The notes under the pieces are model-generated. The model was not told where the DNA came from and did no database searches. It worked only from the letters and a program-made list of their open reading frames with translations. A program made the translations under genes and the position numbers. Positions 27,401 through 31,766 of a stretch of DNA of 31,766 bases are shown here, in pieces. Location: IMG/VR virus record IMGVR_UViG_3300020403_000049, positions 1-31,766 of that record; one strand, given 5' to 3'. This stretch comes from a virus (lineage: Duplodnaviria; Caudoviricetes). Positions within the stretch are counted from its first letter, which is position 1. Every line of letters begins with the position of its first letter.

Positions 27401-30051
27401 CGGCTGAACTTTTAACATATTACGAACCTATTTTAAGGCATGACAATTTATCAGGATTTGTTGCAAACGAACATATAGATCATACTAGTGTTTCAGTCAT
27501 AGCAGGAAACGGTTTAGCTGGTGGTGGAGATATTTCTTCAAGTAGAACAATCAGTATAGATTCTTCTCAAATAAAGGGATTATTTTCTGCTGGTGGTGAC
27601 TTATCATATAATTCAGGAACAGGTGAATTTAGTTTTGATGTTGAAGCAGTATACACTAAAGAAAACTTTGACAGTGATTATTTCTTTGCAAAAGATTCTG
27701 CAAACACGGCCGTTGAAAGAAATCAGCATGATGCTACTACTAAAGCCTTTGCAGTAACAGTTGCATCAAAATCTGGCACTCATGTTTATCAAGGTCAAGG
27801 CAGTGGTAACGCATATTATGTAGATGGAACAGAATCACCGATAATAAACTTAAAACTTGGAAGAACATATCGTTTTAATTTAAGTTCAAGTGATATGTCA
27901 AGTCATCCATTTAGATTTTATTATGATGCTGCAAGAAATACACAATACACAACCGGTGTAACCACAACAGCAACATATACAGAAATTGCTATAACAGAAT
28001 CCACACCTCCGATGTTGCATTATCAATGTTCATCTCATGGTTATATGGGTCATGCAGTTCAAATTGGTACACGTAACTTTACAGGTTTTACAACAACTGA
28101 CTTAACTGAAGGTACAAACCTATATTATACAGATACAAGATTTGATAATCGATTAGCTACTAAGACTACAGATAACTTAAGTGAAGGTTCAAGTAACTTA
28201 TACTATACAGATGCAAGAGTAAGAGCAGTTAGTTTGGATTCTGCTGAAGCTCAGGCAATGATTGATTCAAATCTTAATAATGATATTACCTTTGGCGGTG
28301 ATGTAGCATTTGATTCTTCTGGTGCTATATTCTTTGATAAGTCAGATAAATCTCTTAAATTTTTTGATCAACACAGATTAAAAATTGGTACTAATACTGG
28401 TACTGGTGGCGATATAGAAATTTATCATGATGGAAACAATTCTTATATAGATGCTGGTGGTAGTACCGGTGCATTAATTTTCATGTCAAGCGTTTATAGT
28501 TTTAGAAACGCATTAAACACTGAACAAATAGCTCACTTTGCTCAAGATGGCGTGGCACAACTTTATCATAATGGTCTTTCTAAAATAAAAACAGACTCTG
28601 ATGGCATAAGAGTTCCTGGAATTGTTAATCAAGCATCTGGTATCATACTTGAAGATCCATCAAATACTGCTTTTGGTGGTCATGTAACTTTTTATGATGG
28701 TGGAGCAGCTGAACATTTTGTAAATGGCGATGTTGTAATTGGTGGTAGAAATGCTCACAATAGACTTAAAAATATTGTTTTAGATAGAGATATTGAGAGA
28801 GTAAGATTCCCAGGTGATGTACAATTCGATTCTTCTTCTGGTATTATATTTGATGTATCAGATAAAGTTCTTAAAGTTAATTCAGCTAATTATAAAATTC
28901 AATTAATTGATAATGCTGAATTACTTTTTGGAACAAGTAATGATTTAAAAATATTTCATAATGGTAGTAATTCTTTTATTCGTGATCAAGGCACCGGTGC
29001 TCTATTTGTACAAACAAGTAGATTTATAGCTGAAGATCTAGGCAGTAATAGAATAATAGATGGTCAAGATGGCGGTCCAGTTGATCTTTATCATGATGGA
29101 AGTAAGAAGTTTTTTACAACAGATTCAGGTGCTGAAGTTGTTGGAAATTTAATAACTGATTCTGCAACTATCCAAGGTGGTGTCTTAGACATAAAAAATA
29201 CAGGTGCACAATCTGAAGTAAGATTATTTTGTGAAGATGCTAATCAACATTATGTAGCAGTAAGAGCACCGGCTCATAGTACATTCAGTGGAAACGTAGT
29301 ATTAACACTTCCATCAGCTGATGGTACTATAATATCAACATCTAATTCAAACGCACCTAGCACAACAACTTCAGCTGCAGATGCCGACTTCGTCTTAATT
29401 GATGATGGCGGTACTATGAAAAAAATTACACCTGCTAATTTAGGTATAAGCAGTGGTATTACAATACAAGATTCTGGTGGTACTTTATCAAACCTCGCAA
29501 CAACATTAAATTTTGTTGGAGCCGGTGTAACCGCTTCAGGATCTGGTTCAACCAAAACGATCACAATATCAGGTGGTGGATCAGGTAGTGGTGCTGTATC
29601 CGGCGGTGACACCATGGTTCAATTTAATGATGGTGGCTCTTTTGGTTCAGATGCTGAATTTACATTTAACAAGACCTCAAATACACTTACTATCGGCGGT
29701 CCGTTAATAGCAACAAGCAAATCATTTGATATTAAACATCCTACAAAAAAAGGAAAAAGATTAAGATATGGATCACTTGAAGGACCTGAAAATGGTGTAT
29801 ATGTAAGAGGACGTGCAAATTCAACTAAGATAAATTTACCAGATTATTGGACTGGACTTGTTGATGAAGAAAGTATTACTGTAAACTTAACACCAATAGG
29901 TAAACATCAGAAATTATATGTGGAAGATATATCAAATAACACTATTACAATTGGAAATGATAATTTAATTAAAAAAGAAATCAATTGTTTTTATACGGTA
30001 TATGCTGAGCGAAAAGACATAAATAAAATAACTGTAGAGTATAAAAGGTAA
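24406..30051 (+). CDS. Long repeat-rich tail fibre protein
   Basis: 1881 aa with a GTG start and GAGG Shine-Dalgarno. Several fibre repeat families, an internal cupredoxin-like domain, and a C-terminal KSFDIKHP...LRYGSLEGPENGVYVRG domain. Confidence 0.85.
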   Translation: MSVKVTVGQQTFIKKIVLGTPVTTARETLSIDEFTDFNVATKSDAQILVFDSAEGVFKNYTFDVGQGLAREYSPGDDKLTIAIDSDKTPVVTGILSKGNLTPTLDSTFDLGDSNRKWKDLHLSGSTIHLGGIKLKDSGGDFSVKDSTGTPVNIDLAGSIQQIRGFFSPGGDLSYDSTTGRFEFDVEQVYTKANFDSDLGDALDGGVGITYDSANDTIRIDSAELEANFKQDIRGYFTADKGLVYSPTTGNFDVDSANLKTIISATDAGGDGSFSYNNSTGVFTYTGPSASEVRNHFSASNGLSYNSSTGDFRLPQPLDSSDKARFSRVMVDSARILDHGLVSGALQISSYANAINSTGRREGVLYIGNDAQLGAAGGDLTIYHNDSGAQIENRTGDLSIKQLSGSGQVGAKHINITNHTNDGDIVLSADWPRTTGAQIPYVEVKGQTGEVRLFHKDGDQYDSSIAPQGREKFRTQFYGARVYGFLRADNIISLGSLSRATAVDSATYGSATQIPVLTVNTSGFIDSIGTVAVAGVSSTSFDSTSGIFTINTADGNSFPTHIQDSADLVRISRKSLSATDAGGDGSFSYNNTTGVFTYTGPSASEVRAHITGGSGIGDSVNGNGIIKIDSAELYSLYKHDDFSDFVADEHVAHSDVNITAGAGLTGGGNIASTRTLDVVGGKGIIANADDIQVDSSNIKKIFSATDVSGDGSFSYNNSTGVFTYTGPSSTEVRAHFSASNSLSYNSSTGDFRLPQPLDSAANPTFNQLRGPASFVIDPATIGDNTGTVRILGNLQVEGTQTIINSTTVSLNDKNIVIADSAADSSALDGGGITWGGASIVDTPTFNYSHANARLVSNREINAPLFSGSGASLTNLPAASLTGTIDSARIPTLLIADIGNINSIDHDALTNFVANEHIDHTGVSITAGFGLKGGGTIASTRDLAIDSAELLTYYEPIIRHDNLSGFVANEHIDHTGVSVTAGFGLKGGGTIASTRDLAIDSAELLTYYEPILRHDNLSGFVANEHIDHTSVSVIAGNGLAGGGDISSSRTISIDSSQIKGLFSAGGDLSYNSGTGEFSFDVEAVYTKENFDSDYFFAKDSANTAVERNQHDATTKAFAVTVASKSGTHVYQGQGSGNAYYVDGTESPIINLKLGRTYRFNLSSSDMSSHPFRFYYDAARNTQYTTGVTTTATYTEIAITESTPPMLHYQCSSHGYMGHAVQIGTRNFTGFTTTDLTEGTNLYYTDTRFDNRLATKTTDNLSEGSSNLYYTDARVRAVSLDSAEAQAMIDSNLNNDITFGGDVAFDSSGAIFFDKSDKSLKFFDQHRLKIGTNTGTGGDIEIYHDGNNSYIDAGGSTGALIFMSSVYSFRNALNTEQIAHFAQDGVAQLYHNGLSKIKTDSDGIRVPGIVNQASGIILEDPSNTAFGGHVTFYDGGAAEHFVNGDVVIGGRNAHNRLKNIVLDRDIERVRFPGDVQFDSSSGIIFDVSDKVLKVNSANYKIQLIDNAELLFGTSNDLKIFHNGSNSFIRDQGTGALFVQTSRFIAEDLGSNRIIDGQDGGPVDLYHDGSKKFFTTDSGAEVVGNLITDSATIQGGVLDIKNTGAQSEVRLFCEDANQHYVAVRAPAHSTFSGNVVLTLPSADGTIISTSNSNAPSTTTSAADADFVLIDDGGTMKKITPANLGISSGITIQDSGGTLSNLATTLNFVGAGVTASGSGSTKTITISGGGSGSGAVSGGDTMVQFNDGGSFGSDAEFTFNKTSNTLTIGGPLIATSKSFDIKHPTKKGKRLRYGSLEGPENGVYVRGRANSTKINLPDYWTGLVDEESITVNLTPIGKHQKLYVEDISNNTITIGNDNLIKKEINCFYTVYAERKDINKITVEYKR
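25192..26679 (+). repeat. Dispersed intragenic repeat SATD.GGDGSFSYNN.TGVFTYTGPS..EVR.H
   Basis: Copies at 25192-25362 and 26509-26679 (57 aa, extending through FSASN.LSYNSSTGDFRLPQPLDS) and a shorter copy at 26131-26229. Confidence 0.9.
27115..27570 (+). repeat. Tandem 162-nt (54-aa) repeat, about 2.8 copies, HD....FVANEHIDH...GL.GGG.I...R...IDS
   Basis: Units start at 27115, 27277 and 27439, an exact 162-nt period. A diverged fourth copy lies near 26317. Confidence 0.92.
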
Positions 30052-30055
30052 TTAA

Positions 30056-31766
30056 ATGGCAATATCAGATAGAAATATAGTAATTACTCCGAATCGTACC
30101 GCTACAGGTAAAGTTCAGCCAAAGATTGTTTTTACTGGTGCTGACTCAAGTATTGGTGATTCTTCTGCAATTACACTTTTTGCAAATCCTGAAAATTCAG
30201 GTACACTGAGTTTTTCTGGTACAGCAGGCCAATTATTTTCAATTACAAATGATTTAACTGGTACAATATTTTCAGTCAATGATATTTCTGGAATACCATC
30301 GCTATCGATTAATGATCAAGGTATAATACAGTTAGCAGAATTTAATGGAAGAGTATTAATAGGTGGAGCAAGTGATGATAGTGCATCAACATTGCAAGTA
30401 TCAGGTGCACTAACTGCTGATTCGGCAACTATAACTGGAAATATAAAAACTCGAACTGCTATATTTTCAATGAATGATGAAGATTCAAGTAGCTTTGCAA
30501 CTGCAGTTATTGGAGAAAGAAATGCTAATGATGGAATTGCATCTATCGAATTTCGTAACGCATCAAATACATTTTCATCTAAAATTGATGGTGCAGGATC
30601 TTATTTTGGTGTTTGGACAAATAAAAACAGTGTAAACGATTACAGAATTATAGCTAATTTTGGTACTGCTGATGAAACTATAATTTTAAAACCTTCAGGC
30701 ACAGACAGGATTACAGCTAATAAATATGGTGCCACTATTAATGGAAAAATAGATGCTGATTCCGCTGCTTTAACTGGAAAACTAAACATAAATATGGGAT
30801 CATCAATCCTTCCAGCAATTAAGCTATTAGGAAATGGTCCAAACACAATAAGATTTTTTGACGGTCAAGATGGAAGCAATACAACTAACGCTGTAGATAT
30901 TGCTTATCGAACTACACCTAATGACTTAAGAATAGAGAGAGCTGAAAATGGTCATATCATAGCTGCATTTGGTGGAGATGACGGACACGTAGATTTATAC
31001 AAAGGTAATTCCAAAAAGTTTGAAACAACAGATTCTGGTGTAAATATTACTGGTGCTATAAGAGTTAATAATGCACCATTTACAAGTGGTGGTACGGATT
31101 CAGCCTCAGTTATAGCATTAATAGATTCTGATTATGTACAAGCTAGAAGTTCAGGTACAAGAGGTACATTAAATAACGTAAATAGTAGATCATTTACAGG
31201 TGATAATACAACAACTGCATTTGAGCTACAAGTTACGCCTGCCGATTCAGATGATGTCTTTGTATTTGTAAATGGTGTATTACAACACACAAATACTTAT
31301 AGTGTAAGTGGAAACACTGTAACATTAGCGTCAGCACCTGATTCATCAAGTACAATTGATATAAGATCACATTTAATAAAATCAGAAAATGTAACTTTAC
31401 GAGATTACAAAAAATATGTTTACACATTAGGTAGCACAGTAGATTCAGTAAGTGGTGCAGATTCAGCCGGTGCAACTTTGACATATGATGCTGGTTTAGT
31501 TGATGTATATGTAAACGGTGCAAGGTTAGTCACTGATAAAGATTATACTGCAGGTAATGGTAGTCAAGTTGTCTTTGATTCAGCATTAGGTGCAGGTAAC
31601 ATTGTAGAAGTAGTATCACATTCAAGAGCTTCAGTATTTACACCTGAATTAACAAGTGCCGATGTCAGTTTATCAACTACAGATTCAGGACAAAATATAG
31701 ATAGTTTTGCAAAAGCTTCATTTAGAACATACAAATTTACTGCACAAATATCACATGCAGCAAGTA
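30056..31766 (+). CDS. Tail fibre-like structural protein, 3'-truncated
   Basis: Not in the ORF track. From ATG 30056 the frame is open to the window end: MAISDRNIVITPN...GTLSFSGTAGQLFSITNDLTGTIFSVNDISGIPS...VDLYKGNSKKFETTDSG...IDSDYVQAR...VFVNGVLQ...DVYVNGARL. Confidence 0.85.
   Translation, partial: MAISDRNIVITPNRTATGKVQPKIVFTGADSSIGDSSAITLFANPENSGTLSFSGTAGQLFSITNDLTGTIFSVNDISGIPSLSINDQGIIQLAEFNGRVLIGGASDDSASTLQVSGALTADSATITGNIKTRTAIFSMNDEDSSSFATAVIGERNANDGIASIEFRNASNTFSSKIDGAGSYFGVWTNKNSVNDYRIIANFGTADETIILKPSGTDRITANKYGATINGKIDADSAALTGKLNINMGSSILPAIKLLGNGPNTIRFFDGQDGSNTTNAVDIAYRTTPNDLRIERAENGHIIAAFGGDDGHVDLYKGNSKKFETTDSGVNITGAIRVNNAPFTSGGTDSASVIALIDSDYVQARSSGTRGTLNNVNSRSFTGDNTTTAFELQVTPADSDDVFVFVNGVLQHTNTYSVSGNTVTLASAPDSSSTIDIRSHLIKSENVTLRDYKKYVYTLGSTVDSVSGADSAGATLTYDAGLVDVYVNGARLVTDKDYTAGNGSQVVFDSALGAGNIVEVVSHSRASVFTPELTSADVSLSTTDSGQNIDSFAKASFRTYKFTAQISHAAS

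Noticed and set aside
27115-27570. Periodic repeat as a CRISPR array or DGR template/variable repeat pair
   Set aside because: In-frame coding repeat with no spacers. Differences are synonymous rather than adenine-specific, and no reverse transcriptase or cas gene is in the window.
24406-31766. Abundant GATTC/GACTC (GANTC, the CcrM methylation site) as a DNA-level signal
   Set aside because: The sites mostly coincide with in-frame Asp-Ser codons, and many DS pairs use GAT-AGT or GAC-AGT, which are not GANTC. A protein-level cause fits better, though a frame-resolved count was not run.

Overview
An AT-rich, gene-dense, all plus-strand segment of a T4-like myovirus genome, of the marine/aquatic cyanophage/pelagiphage type. 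It covers the baseplate and tail-fibre cluster. Gene order: partial gp53; hub-like protein; a gp5 split into an OB+lysozyme gene and a separate beta-helix gene, with a degenerate amidase/PGRP-like gene between them and a degenerate M15-peptidase-like gene after; gp25, gp6, gp7, gp9-like, gp8; a split VrlC/DUF4815-like structural protein; fibre proteins; three tandem LamG-type lectin genes; a 1881-aa repeat-rich tail fibre; and a further fibre ORF running off the end. Three intergenic T4 late promoters (TGTATAAATAG) punctuate the cluster. The most striking unexplained signal is a strong enrichment of the dipeptide Asp-Ser (mostly DSA/DSS/DSD/DSG) in outer baseplate and fibre proteins, nearly absent from hub, gp5 and gp6. 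It could be a post-translational modification sequon, such as O-glycosylation, decorating the virion. Also notable are two type-1-copper-like (H...CxxHxxM) domains in fibres and a tandem repeat whose synonymous codons have diverged heavily. All family calls come from motif recognition by eye, not database searches, and counts are manual.
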